This document shows positions 1 to 13,680 of a DNA stretch of 64,000 bases, in pieces; position 1 is the first letter of the stretch, and the number at the start of each line of letters is the position of its first letter. The translations under genes were made by a program, and so were the position numbers. The notes beneath the pieces are model-generated. The model saw only the letters and a program-made list of their open reading frames with translations, was not told the DNA's origin and did not search any database. The stretch is taken from assembly GCF_006345805.1 (NCBI RefSeq), contig NC_043006.1, forward strand, positions 5,332,001-5,396,000. Direction: 5' to 3'. The DNA is from Octopus sinensis. Lineage: Eukaryota.

Positions 1-705
1 CCAACTCTCTATGTATGGGATCTTCCATTTTTGGGCAATGAGTGATGGGTTGATGCCACGTACATTTAACAGGAATGTCGAGGTCAGGGAAGTTTGATGC
101 TTGCATTGTTTTAAGAGCTCAGTGTTAAGTTTTATGTTGTTCAGTGGTAGCAATGAGGGTAGTTCTTGTATAGGGCTGTGTGTGTGATTTCCTAGTTGGT
201 GGTGGGTGGGTGTTCCTTGTGTTTTGCATAAATGGTTGCTGATAGCTCTTTGGATCTTAGGTCAGCCTTCATATTTTCTAGATAAGTTTGTAAAAAAGAG
301 TTGCCTCTTTGGTTTGCCACTTGGTCAGAGGATACATAGTTCATGTTTATATTATTTGGTGTTATGATTTTCCCATAATTCTGTCTTCGTTGTTTGGTTG
401 TAGGAGGTGAAATGTGGTTGTATTTTGTTTTTGTTGTTGTTGTAGGTCTCCTCTGTTGCTGTTTATATTTATTTTGCGATCGTTTTGTGACCTTCAGGTG
501 GTGGTGGTTGCATTCTGGGTTCAAGCACATCCTTAGTGTCGCAGAAGTTTGGCACAGTTTAGGATGGAAGAAGGTGCATCCAGTGCCTTTTGTGCATCCA
601 AATTTAGGATCAGGGCCATGAACTCTGTATTTAGGACAGTATTTGGGGTGGAGGTGAGGGCAGTTTTTTCCTGTTATACCATATGGACAGGTGCCCTTAA
701 CAAGT
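1..705 (-). mobile_element. CR1/L2-group LINE fragment: 3' part of ORF1 with three CCCH-type zinc fingers, plus the start of the ORF2 APE endonuclease (runs off the window edge)
   Basis: Minus strand translates as GTCPYGITGKNCPHLHPKYCPKYRVHGPDPKFGCTKGTGCTFFHPKLCQTSATLRMCLNPECNHHHLK. A second frame gives TFLLNVRGINPSLIAQKWKIPYIESW, resembling the APE N-terminus. Clade assignment is from recalled similarity. Confidence 0.7.
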
Positions 706-780
706 ATATATATATGTATATATACATGATTCTTTATATTTTTTTACTTCTTTCAGTCATTTTATTGAGTCCCCGCCTTA

Positions 781-990
781 AAGAGTTTTAGTCGAACAAA
801 TGCAAGAATGGAGTTATTATATTTTAAAGCCTAGTACTTATTCTAACGCTCTCTTTTGTAGAACCGGTATGCTACAAGGGCGTAAACACGCCAACATCGG
901 TTGTGAAGTGGCGTGGGGGACAAACGCAGACACAAACACACACACACACACAATATATATATATACAACGGGCTTCTTTCATTGTATTGG
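781..990 (-). mobile_element. SINE family B (CORE-like) fragment
   Basis: Degenerate match to the intact copy at 13681-14100 (ctagtacttattct, gggacaaac, acgggcttctttc). Confidence 0.7.
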
Positions 991-1039
991 TAAGAGCAGC
1001 CGTGATGGATATTTAATACCATACATTTCGGATAGTGTG

Positions 1040-1044
1040 TGTGG

Positions 1045-1126
<82 letters not shown>

Positions 1127-1250
1127 TATATAATATATATATATATCTATATATATATATATATATATATATATCTGTATGTATGTATGTATGTATGTAT
1201 GTATGTATGTATGTATGTATGTATGTATGTATGTATGTATGTATGTATGT
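1040..1250. repeat. (TA)n followed by (TATG)n microsatellite, representative of dozens of similar tracts in the window
   Basis: Directly visible. These tracts explain the YIYI, MYVC and HTHT ORFs in the ORF track. Confidence 0.97.
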
Positions 1251-1264
1251 ACAACTCACACGAC

Positions 1265-1520
1265 TCAGGTATATTTCGGCCAAAGATGAGTCCATGCCAT
1301 GCCTAAGTTAATAGTATGGCCTGTTTAGTCATTTCAAAAAGAAGTTTTGTTGTTTAATGGCCAATTCAAATAGACAGTTATTATTGTCTGAGATGTATCC
1401 AGGTATGAGTGGCTTGTCCACCAATTCTTTGAACAAATTCGTCCAGGTTACGTTTGAAGGTGAATGGGGTTTTTCTCTTTGATTTATTTTGAGAAAATGT
1501 TTAAAAAAATTGTGTTCCAC
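1265..1520 (-). mobile_element. CR1-group LINE 3' fragment
   Basis: Minus-strand FTFKRNLDEF and DKPLIPGYISDNNNCLFE resemble the ORF2 C-terminus and match the end of the 55390-56015 fragment. Confidence 0.6.
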
Positions 1521-1776
1521 TTTGGATTTTATTCTATGTAAAACTGAAAGAATTGTTTTCATAGAGTAGATTTTTTTTATTTGGAAATGAAATAAAAGTG
1601 TAGATCTTTATTTAGAAACCAACAGTCAAGTTTTCCAAAGGTAGTTAAATATGCATACGCTGAATACCGGGACTGAGCTAAATTCTTTCAGCCTCCACGA
1701 AATTGTACAGTCGTATGTCTATGTTAAAAAAACATGTTTTAGTTTAATTACACAAGTAATAAATATATAAATAAAC

Positions 1777-2186
1777 TGGCACTATAGCCCAGAGTTGCTC
1801 GAGTTTTTTTTTTTTTTTTTTTGTTTTCGACCCTTTAGAATTGGAATTTTTGAAAAGTAATAATTTTGCATTATGTAGCTTGTTATTTTCTTTAAGTGAA
1901 CATTTTTCTGGTTGAAATACACCGAGAAATGGCGACACAGCAGTCAAAATATCTTTAAAAAATAAGGATTTTCAGAGGAAAAAAGCACCTTTTTGATGTA
2001 AATAATTTTTGGTGTTAACATAGTTCGATTTGAATTTTTTTTATACGGAAGGAAGAGCAAGCCTTCTTCTATCACACTCTCAATTTTGGTCAACTTGCGC
2101 CGCAGGGTCTCGGAGGAGATTGTGGTTAGTTGAAGGCTACCAAACCTGCCACACACACACGGACAACTTCAGCTTTATATATAAAT
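1777..2186 (-). mobile_element. Non-autonomous Helitron-like element
   Basis: Minus-strand 5' end tatatataaagctgaagttgt and 3' end cgagcaactctgggctatagtgccag|t parallel the termini of the intact Helitron at 52986-53274. CTAG is decayed to CCAG. Confidence 0.5.
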
Positions 2187-2850
2187 AAATTAATGAAATA
2201 AAATAAAACATAGATTGTTGCAATTAACCATGTATCTATTCCAAGTCTTCATCAGATTCTTTTGAAAATAAAATCTATTTGGTTAATGGTAGTTCATTCC
2301 AAACCAGAAATTTCGAGATTCTCTGACAATTGAAAACTAAATCAAGATGGATGTTTGGTTGAGTAAATAATTTTGTAACGATGTGATCCAGTTTCAATCT
2401 CACTGAGCAACATCTTGCGCAACTGGCTTCAACCCGATCGTCAAAGTGTTCAATGCTTTGAGTAGCCTTTTGGAGACAGAAACTGTTTTCGCCCTTTATT
2501 TGTGTTTACGTTTCTGTAGTATCCTTAATATTTCGTAGTGTCTTTGAGATTGCGTAACTTAACGGTTCAACAAATAGCGAAGAATTCAAATCGCTACAAA
2601 AGTAAAATGAATACAGAGGTCCGATAGAATCCTTGAAAGCGGTGCAATAACTTAACGATCCTCCAATGATTGGATTCAGTAAATGAATGTATTATTATTG
2701 TGCAATAAAATGGACCTGAACTAAAGAAAAGAAAAAAAATTGCAGTCCAGGGGAGATAATTTAAAAACGTAGCGCACAAGATTTATTTCCCTTACACTGT
2801 AATAATTAAACTTCACTCAAAAGCGCTAGAATTTTTATTTTTGTTCTGTT

Positions 2851-3070
2851 TGCAAAACGTTAGCACGCCGGGCGAAATGCTTTGTGGTATTTCGTCTGCC
2901 GTTACGTTTTGAGTTCAAATTCCGCCGAGGTCGGCTTTGCTTTTCATCCCTTCAGGGTCGATAAATTAAGTACCAGTTACGCCCTGGGGTCGATGTAATC
3001 GACTTAATCCGTCTGTCTGTTCTTATTTGTTCTCCCTGTGTTTAGCCCCTTGTGGGTAATAAAGAAATAG
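2851..3070 (+). mobile_element. tRNA-derived SINE family A (octopus OK-like), slightly 5'-truncated
   Basis: Matches copies at 18344, 23040 and 37320. B-box gagttcaaattcc; 3' end aaagaaatag. Confidence 0.85.
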
Positions 3071-3514
3071 ATTATTTGCTTACTTACCTATTGATTTGTT
3101 TATTTTTTTGTTTGTTTATATATTTATTTATTCGTTATACTATCACATATAAACGGTTGTAATTCTAATTTATAAATCTAAATGGTAATTTCCGTATTTT
3201 AAAAAGCTTACGATATTATTTTTTAATTATTATAATATAAAATAATTTTCTAAAAATGGCATAAAAATCAACGTAACTTAATTTTATCGCTCGGAAATCT
3301 ATAAAACTTTCTAAAATGTTAAATTTCAATTGTAAATTGCAAAACCAAAATTCTACTCGTAACTGTTGTAATTTAGAAGCTTGCTTCCCAACTTTGTTGT
3401 CTGACGTTCGATCCCACTCTGCAGCACCTTGAGCGACAAGTGTTTTCTACTGTAGCCACGGGCGGACTAAAACTTTGTGAGAGGATTTGTTAAACGGAAA
3501 CTGAAAGAAGCCTA

Positions 3515-3567
<53 letters not shown>

Positions 3568-4388
3568 TGTAGGTATGTACATATATATGTAGGTATGCAT
3601 ATATATGTAGGTATGTACATGTATATATGCATATATTCATATATTCATATATTTATATATTATTTATATTATCATATGACCGAACGCCACTCATCCATTT
3701 CAAAGTATACACACAAATACACACACATATATATATATCACTTCACTATGTCCCTGTCATTTTTTCTCGCTCCTCCTTAATTTTTCTATCCATCTTCTGC
3801 TTCTACTTCTCTCTCTCTTCTCTCCCCCATCCTCAATTCTTTTGTTCCCCTGCTTCTACTTTTCTCTCTCTTCTCTTCCCACGTGACCGATCGGCCAGAC
3901 TGCTCGCTCTTTCTTTCTGGGTCTGACCGTGTTCCATGCAACATCGATATTCTTCGTTGTGTTTGTGAAAATTTTTGTATCTCTACCGTAAGGCTTCATT
4001 TCCACACGCGCCAGCTTAATTCAATTCGTCCTCAACCGAAAGACACCTGTTGTTATGTCCTGTTATTATTTTTATTGTATTTATATTTGTGTAACTTTGT
4101 CCGTTTTTTCCGTCCTTGTTTTTGTATAGATTCGCTGCTTTCTTCCAAGGAATCTCATGTTCTTAGCTTAGTTTTTCCTTGGGGCTGACCAGATTGGAGC
4201 AATCTCAAGAATAATCAGCCGAAATTGCAAGGATAATCTGGTTCTTGACTGAAGATAGAAAACTTCGAATAACCCGTCCTTGTTTTCTTTGTATCGTCCA
4301 TCTGGATGTTTTGTTGTCCCTTTTTGTATCACCTAGTTGTCCGGATGTTGTGCGTTCTTGTCCCATTTTGTATTTGATTATATATATA

Positions 4389-4444
<56 letters not shown>

Positions 4445-4445
4445 G

Positions 4446-4759
4446 ATCACTCGTCGGTTACGACGATGAGGGTCTCAGCTGATACGATGAATGGAACAGC
4501 TTCCTCATGAAATTAACGTGCAAGTGGCTGAGCACTCCACAGACACGTGTACCTTTAACGTAGTTCTCAAGGAGATTCAACGTGACACGGTGTGTGACAA
4601 GGCTGGCCCTTTGAAATACACGTACTACCCATTTTTGTCAGCTGACTGGACGGCAGCAACGTGAAATAAAGTGTCTTGCTCAACACGTCTCCTGGAATTG
4701 AGTTCACGACCTTGCGATCGTGAGCCGATCGCCCTAACCACTAAGCCATGCGCCTTCAC
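4446..4759 (-). mobile_element. tRNA-derived SINE family C (head H2 + tail T1)
   Basis: Head gaaggcgcatggcttagtggttagg is shared with 62150-62486. Tail (atttcaaagggccagccttgtcac...gtaaccgacgagtg) is shared with 36166-36552. Confidence 0.8.
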
Positions 4760-4812
4760 TCTCTCTCTCTCTCTCTCTCTGTATATATATATATATATAT
4801 AATATATATATA

Positions 4813-4846
<34 letters not shown>

Positions 4847-5394
4847 CATATATATATATATATATATCGTGATCACGTGACCGACCAGACCATCAGATGT
4901 TGTTACACATCGCTGGTCACAATGCGTTCGATATATATATATATAATATATATATAGTGACGTATATTTGCCATTTGAATATGGCTAACCCCTAAGGGTG
5001 GATGCTACTGTAGTTTGTAGCCCCAGGAAGACACCTCCTCCAGCTGGCTATAGACACACTTTCTGTGCCCTATCAGTATTTGTGAAGGGAAGTCATCATT
5101 CCCGTCTTCAACTTATAATACACACGGACTCGAGTTTCAAGGTATTGACCTATCATCGGCGTGTGACAATCATAGTTGTCAACGAGAAGTCAGTTCTCCT
5201 CACAAATACATATACTTTTTCCAGTATCGATTGACACTGATATTGAAAAAGTGAAATCAAACAATGATAAATCTCAGAGCGAGTTATAAACAGTAGCGGC
5301 AACTATATATATATATATAGTATAATTCGGGTGAAAACCTCGTACCGTGCATATAAGCGCTATTATACCGTGTGTGTGTCTTTGTGTTTGTTCC

Positions 5395-5534
5395 CCATCA
5401 CGGCACCAGAGCTTATTTTTTAAAACCTAGTAACTGTTCTATCAGTCTCTTTTGCTGAACCGCTACGTTACGGGTATGTAAAAACACCAACACTAGTTGC
5501 CAAGCGGTGATGGCGTAACAAACGCAGACAAAAA

Positions 5535-5572
<38 letters not shown>

Positions 5573-5615
5573 TACATACATACATACCTACATACATACA
5601 TCATACATACATACA

Positions 5616-5709
<94 letters not shown>

Positions 5710-5892
5710 GTATATATGTATGTATGTATATATGCGATGGGCTTCTTTCATGTTTTGTGTACCAAATCCACTCACAAAGCTTTGGTCGGCCCGCGGCTAT
5801 AGTAGAGGACACTTGCCCAGGATGCTGCGCAGTGGGATTGAACTCGGAACTATATGGTTGTGAAGCAAGCTTCTTACCACACAGCCACGCCC
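5395..5892 (-). mobile_element. SINE family B with an expanded internal microsatellite
   Basis: Both halves match 13681-14100 and are separated by (CA)/(TACA)/(TA) tracts. Confidence 0.8.
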
Positions 5893-5896
5893 ACGT

Positions 5897-5936
<40 letters not shown>

Positions 5937-6105
5937 ATATATATATATATATACACATATATATATATCACGTGATCACGTGACTGACCAGTCCATCAGA
6001 TGTAGTTACACATCACTGGTCACAATGCGTTCGCATTGTTTTAGCCTTCAAATGACGCCACCCCGCTGGCTGAGCGAGCAGGCCAACATATATATATAAA
6101 TATAA

Positions 6106-6877
<772 letters not shown>

Positions 6878-7099
6878 TACATATATATATATATTACGGA
6901 GATGTACTCGCATAGCAAGTGATTTGATCTGAGATTGTGTGCTGAAACGAAAACAATTGCAGCGTGGTAGGTGTTTGTAAGCCATTTAAGAAACACACAA
7001 AAGCCGTTCGATTCACTTCAACATTTAAGTTTAATTTGTCAAAATATTTTCGTCGCTAAAATCCGCGACCTGTTCACTGACAAAAATCCGTGCTGTTTA

Positions 7100-7162
<63 letters not shown>

Positions 7163-8254
7163 CTCGCTTACCGCTTGAAAACCAGTGTTGGTTCCTTTAC
7201 GTTCCCGCAGCATAGCAGTTCTGCGAAAGACACCAAGAAAATAAGTACAAGGTAAACGGTAAAAGACAATAATGAAAGAATACAATCTAAAACTCTGAAA
7301 TCGGTTCTCAAATTCTTGATTACATATTCTATATTCTAGATTCAAAAACCAAGAATACGGAATGAAATTCCATAATTCTACCATAAATTCCATACATGTA
7401 GGATATTATTCTGAATAAAATTGCACAAAGCCATTTGAAACGACCGACCAATGTAGATCGATGCAGACATAATTTCATGGTTAAGAATTTTGCTCCGTAA
7501 CTACGCCATTTCTATTTCGATTCTATGTGTTGGACAAGTGTTTTTACTATAGCCTTGGAATGAATAGTATCTTATTCAAAATGGCGACCTACGATTACCA
7601 GCACACAATTTACAGATACTTGCATTTTTTAATACGTTCCGCGAATTTTATAGATCTATAATTTACTATTAATAATATAATAGTACTCAGCGAAATTTTT
7701 TAGTACTCACACATTTTCGTGACTATTTTTGGATGTGTGGGGTGTGGGGGAATCTTTTCTGATTGGCTGCCAGAGTTCTTTTTCAGTCCGAACTGATTTC
7801 ATATTTAGTGTAATGATACACTTTTATAATGAAGTGAAAGTAATTTCATTAATTTCGCTATAAATCAATAAATAAAAAGTTATTAGTAATTAAAGTCTGA
7901 AAATTTTGGTAATTTTAGTCAATCGTAAGCCACAGACATATTCAGGTTTTTCTCTTTTAAATTACCATAAACATTTAATTACATGAAAAAAAAATACCGG
8001 AGAACTTTTGTACTAATAATAGCAGCTGAATAAGATTTATTTATATGAAAAAAATTACCGGAGACATAACATGTATTGTTTACAAATATTGACAACATGT
8101 GTTTGACGGAGAAGTTGCTGTCTGCCAGTAGAGAGGGAAAGAGTAGGGATTGCACGGTGCTGACTAGAAAGGAAGAAAGGATAAAGGTGGATCTGCTCTG
8201 ATTGGCTGTATGCAAATGAATTCATTACTGGGGTCCGGAACTCTTTTGGGGGAA

Positions 8255-8935
8255 AAACTTTCGCATCCTGGATACCATAGTCTCCGATAACGGTACACAA
8301 TTCACTTCGAATAAATTTAAGAATTTTTGAAAGATGTACTCAGTTAAACATGTCACTACTCCTCCGTATTACCCAAGATCAAACGGGCCAGCAGAAAGGT
8401 TTGTGGGTACATTTAAATGAGTATTAAATAAATCAAGAAACAAGCAAGTCGATGGCACAGCATTGATACAATTCTTGAGTATTTATAGGATGACACCAAA
8501 CTTAAACACTTTTTCAAGCAAGTCGCCTGCAGAACTAATGTTTACTCGAAAAATTGTCAATTTTCGACCAGGTGTTACCAGTAAGAAAAACAAATGTGAA
8601 GAACACTGAATATACAACAAAGTATTCTAATGTCAGTGACAAGGTGTTTTTCAAAATATATGAAAATGGAAGACAAGGTTGGGAAGACGGAGTAGTAACG
8701 AAAAGAATAGGTAAAATGGCATATATGATAAGAGGCGAAAAATGGGAACACAAAAGACATTTAAACCAGCTAAAAAATAGATATACAGAAAAAAGAAAAG
8801 GGATACCCATGGAAGTGTTCTATGACACCTTTGATGTTCCAACGCCACAAGAAATCGAACCTAGGCGTAGCAGCACAATAAAGAGAAAACAGACAGGACG
8901 GTTAGAAGTAGTGCCTAAACGGAAGTAATAATTAA
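8255..8935 (+). pseudogene. Ty3/Gypsy integrase (rve core and C-terminus), with stops and frameshifts
   Basis: Translation ILDTIVSDNGTQFTSNKF...TTPPYYPRSNGPAERFVGTFK...SPAELMF, followed by ORF 8554-8928 (WEDGVVTKRIG...HKRHLNQLK). Confidence 0.85.
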
Positions 8936-8958
8936 ACTTCCCTAGGAGGAAAATCTCG

Positions 8959-9227
8959 AAAAGGGAGATGTGATGAAAGAAAAATAAATACATAAAGATA
9001 ATGGTATTAAATTCCAAAAATTTCGTGTTTCTGCAAATTGTACGGAGCGTGGAACTCTGGGAATGTTAGTCACGGCGCAAATTCACTTTATTTAGCGCTG
9101 TTCTGTTTTAGATACTTTTAATTTGAGCTTCTTCTGTCAGTGTCTGTGAATACGTTTATGCGTGCAGTAACTTGACGTTTTATTCTTTGACTCGTTATCT
9201 AATAGTTCCACTCGTAATATAACATCA
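8959..9227 (+). mobile_element. Polypurine tract and 3' LTR of the Gypsy element
   Basis: PPT aaaagggaga at 8959-8968, directly followed by tg(tgatg)...(aa)catca termini. Confidence 0.65.
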
Positions 9228-9504
9228 TTTCTGACCATTCATGCTCAATAGCAAGGTCTATGTCTAATACACATATAGTTATGAGCATGCGCAGAGCGCG
9301 TGCGCGTGTACACGCATATTCGCACACACATGCATGAGCACACATACGCGTATACACGCACACACACGTACACATTTACACACACACACATGTATACGTA
9401 TATGTGAATACATGTATATATATCCATATGTATATAAGTGTGAGTGTGCGTTTATATATATATTTGTATTGGCATCCTTTCTGTCTCGGGAGACAATGGA
9501 GTTG

Positions 9505-11812
9505 CGCATGAAGTAGTCCAGTCCGGCTTTTATATTTCATGTCCTGATACATTTCCTGCTGTGGCTGTGTAGTCCTATCCTGGACAAACACTCCCTCTGG
9601 CAGGTACCGCAAATGTAGCGAAGACTGTTCCTGGCTGGTTGTAGTGCCATAGTCTCTTGTTTACGTCTCTTCCTTTCTTTCCATTTCTCCTCTCTCTCTC
9701 TCTGTCACTCTTTTGTATTCCCTCTTTTACTGTACGTCGCCATTCTCCACGGTTGCCGGCAAATGCCTCCCAACCGCTAATGTTGATGTTGCAGGCCTTC
9801 ATATCCCTTTTGCAAACATCCTTGTAACGTAAGATCGGTCTACCCACAGACCTAGTACCCCTAGCAAGCTCTCCGTAGAGTATGTCCTTGGGGATTCTGC
9901 CATCTTTCATACGGCTAACATGCCCAAGCCATCTCATACGTGTGAGGAGTGCAAACATGCTTGGTATTCCTGCTTGGTATTCCTGCTTGCCTGAGGACAT
10001 CTTTGTTGGGGATATGATTCTGCCATTTGATGCGGAGGATTTTTCGGAGGCAGCGCAGGTGAAATATGTTTAGGCGACGCTCTTGGCGTGTGTATAGCGT
10101 CCAGGTCTCGCTTCCATACAGTAGAGTGCTGAGTACACATGCCTAGTAGATCTTCATTTTCGTGGTCTTGGTCAGCTTATTGTTGTCCCAAGCCCGTTTG
10201 GAGAGTTGGGCCATCGCAGCAGCTGCCTTGCCAATGCGTATATTGAGCTCAGCGTCAAGGGATAGGTTGTAGGTGACGGTAGAGCCCAGATAGGTAAACT
10301 TCTCCACCTCTTGTAATCTGTGGTCTCCAATATGTATGTTTGGGATGTCCGATGTAGCCTGACCCATGATGTTGGTCTTCTTAAGGCTGATAGGTAAGCC
10401 AAAGTCGTTACATGCTTGCTCAAAACAGTTAATGAGCCTTTGGAGGGCTTCTTCTGTGTGTGTTACCAGAGCGGCATCATCAGCAAATAACATCTCCTTG
10501 ATCAGGACGTTTCTGATTTTGGTCTTGGCACACAGGCGCGAGAGATCGAACAGTTTCCCGTCACTTCTACTGTGCAGAAACACTCCATCATCTGATGTCT
10601 GAAAGGCATGTGAAAGTAAGAGCGAGAATAAGATGCCAAACAATGTAGGAGCGAGGACACAGCCTTGCTTTACTCCGTTTTTTATTTGGAAGGCGGCTGA
10701 TGTTGAACCGTTGTGCTGTATGGTGCCTTGCATGTCATCATGGAAAGACTTGATGATCCTCAGCAGCTTTGGTGGACATCCAATTTTTTGGAGCAGGATG
10801 AAGAGGCCTGTTCTGCTTACCGAGTCAAAAGCCTTTGTTAGATCAATGAAGGCCATATATAATGGCATTTTCTGCTCTCTGGACTTCTCCTGAAGTTGGC
10901 GTATGGAGAATATCATATCGATAGTTGATCTGCTTCTTCTAAAGCCACACTGCGATTCCGGATAGATTCGAGAAGCAAGTAGTTGTAGCCTGGCCAGGAT
11001 AACGCAGGCAAAGGTTTTTCCAACAGTGCTTAGAAGGGATATACCACGGTAATTGTTACAATCACCACGGTCACCTTTGTTTTTGTAAAGCGTAATGATG
11101 TTGGCATCCCGCATATCCTGAGGGACTGTACCCTCTTCCCAGCACTGACACAGAAGCTCATGAAGGTGCCGAAGCAGGATGGTGTTTTTGCCGGCTTTGA
11201 TGATCTCTGAGGGGATGCCGTCTTTTCCCGGAGCCTTATTTCTTGCTAGGGAGTCAACAGCCTTGGTGAGCTCTGCTATAGATGGCGGACTGTCAAGTTC
11301 GCACATGACTGGCAAGATCTTGACACTCTCGACTGCAGCATCAGCCACTGTGGTCTCCCGTGAGTAGAGATCCTGGTAGTGCTCCACCCATCTATCCATT
11401 TGCTTGCCTTGATCCCTGATGAGATCTCCTGTAGTTGATTTCAGAGGGGCTGACTTGGTTGCGGATGGACAGAGGGCCTTCTTCAAACCGGCATACATCC
11501 CACGGGTGTCGCCCCTGTCAGCAGCTGACTGGATACTCTGACAGATTTCCTACCAATACCTACTTACACAGCGTCTGGCTGTCAGTTGGGTTTTATTTCG
11601 TGCCTTTGTGAGTTCTTCGAGTGAATTTGTAGTAGAGTCACTCTTGTATTGCACCAGAGCTGCACGCTTTGCTTCGATAACTGGCTCCAGCTCTGAGAGC
11701 CCAGCATTGAACCAATCTGGGTTTTGCCTTTCTCTCATGCCGAAAGTATCCAATGATGTCGTATACAAAGCTTCCCTGATATAGTCCCACCTACTTTCAG
11801 CAGAGGAGGTTA
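9505..11812 (-). mobile_element. RTE-clade (BovB-like) LINE, 5'-truncated, with a largely intact RT domain
   Basis: 451-aa ORF with KAPGKDGIP, NYRGISLL, FIDLTKAFDSV, GVKQGCVLAPTLF and FADDA. Nonsense codons near 11548 and 10143; a 13-nt tandem duplication at 9961-9986 shifts the frame. C-terminal CGTCQRECLSRIGLHSH. Confidence 0.92.
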
Positions 11813-11826
11813 TATGTATATATATA

Positions 11827-11918
<92 letters not shown>

Positions 11919-11920
11919 TA

Positions 11921-12049
<129 letters not shown>

Positions 12050-12054
12050 GTATG

Positions 12055-12085
<31 letters not shown>

Positions 12086-12093
12086 TATGTATG

Positions 12094-12148
<55 letters not shown>

Positions 12149-13680
12149 CGTACACACACATATATATATGTATATGTGTATATGTATATATACATATATA
12201 TGTGTATGTGCACGTGCGTGCGCGTATGTGTTAGTGAATATGTAAATGAGCTAAGAGATTCCTCTCTCAAGTTTATTCCGATGTCCAAATGTATTTCTTC
12301 AGAGAATATCTCATATTTTCTTGATATTAAGGTCAGTATTGAAATATTAATAAATTTCTATGAAGTCAAATTCCTTTCTCCTCTTTTAGTTTTGTTAGAA
12401 ATTCCAGTTGATTTCTCCACTTCTAAAACAACTGGGTCGCTTAGAGTCAATTATTAGCAATATTGTTTAGAAAATGAACAAATTCTTGTTTGATATTACG
12501 AAGCTAATCCTAGAATATGATATCATTAATGAGTTTACTGCCAAAGTGATACTTTCACACAGAACTAGAAGTGAAAAGTAATTAATGGTTCGGGCGATAC
12601 ATATATAAACTATTAATATTCGGCCGAAATGTAGCGTGAATGTTCAAACTGCAAGGAATATTAAAATATTCCGAATTATGAATATGTTCTGCATTTGTCT
12701 TTGCACCAGCGTCACTAGATGTCGCTAAGGTTGAATCTCGTTTGCTATTGCTCTACAGCAGCCGATAGGTTGTGTCACATGCATCTGTGAAAGGAAGCAA
12801 GAGAGCGCCCCCTACAGGGATACCACCTTATACAACCGAGCAAAACGTCATTCGGAGCTGACGGCAGTACAAAAGCTATTTGTTTGTTGTCGCCATGAAC
12901 TTTCAGGGGGATGGGGTGGAGTGAAGGTAGAATGATCGAAAGAGTTAGTGGGGGGTGGGGGGAGAGAAAGCATATTATAGCAGTGGGAAGCGGGGGGGGG
13001 GACCCACAGAAAGAACGAAAGAAAGATGACAAAACATATAAATACCTTTTCTGATGATGAAGAAGAAAGTGTGAAAGCTCAGGAAATGACAATAAAAAGA
13101 TGGTAACTGTAGAAACCAAACTGGATATCATTAAATTAAAACCGAATGAAAAGAGGGAACTGGGAGTAATTCATCGAATCCATATTCCGCTAATCCTATG
13201 AGTCACATATTCCTTCAGCAGACGATATTGCAATTGTTAAGAAATAATCTACTATGAATATGTTAGAAGAGAGAATATGTATATTTATATATTATGAATG
13301 AAAGGCTGAGAATCAAGGAAACATCGCTGTGAATTTAGATGAAAGATGGGAGAATAAAGGCAAAAGGAAGCAAATCCTGTCTCAATGAAATGTATTTATC
13401 ACTCATTGATGAATTTACATCTTGACTTCATGAATGACGCGGAGCTGTTTATGTATAAAAAAAAAAATTAAAGTTCCTATATATTAAATTATGACATCCC
13501 TCAGGTTAAGCTGCAGCAGAATATACAAAACAACATACGATTTACTGACCCCCGTTAACATTAATGTTGTTTTCGAGATCGTATAAATTGCATGTAATTC
13601 TGAAATAGTGCTCGGCGTTGAAATTATCATGTCGGCTCTGCAAAGCAGCGAACTTTATTTAATGAGACATGCCTTCACAT

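Noticed and set aside
4240-4285. CTGAAGA...GAAT motif (also 24030-24085, 38295-38335 and 61520-61605)
   Set aside because: Stems I and III or the GAAA strand cannot be completed. Too degenerate to call.
8195-8225. CCAAT box plus octamer ATGCAAAT resembling a histone H2B promoter
   Set aside because: No histone or other host ORF follows; it abuts Gypsy debris.
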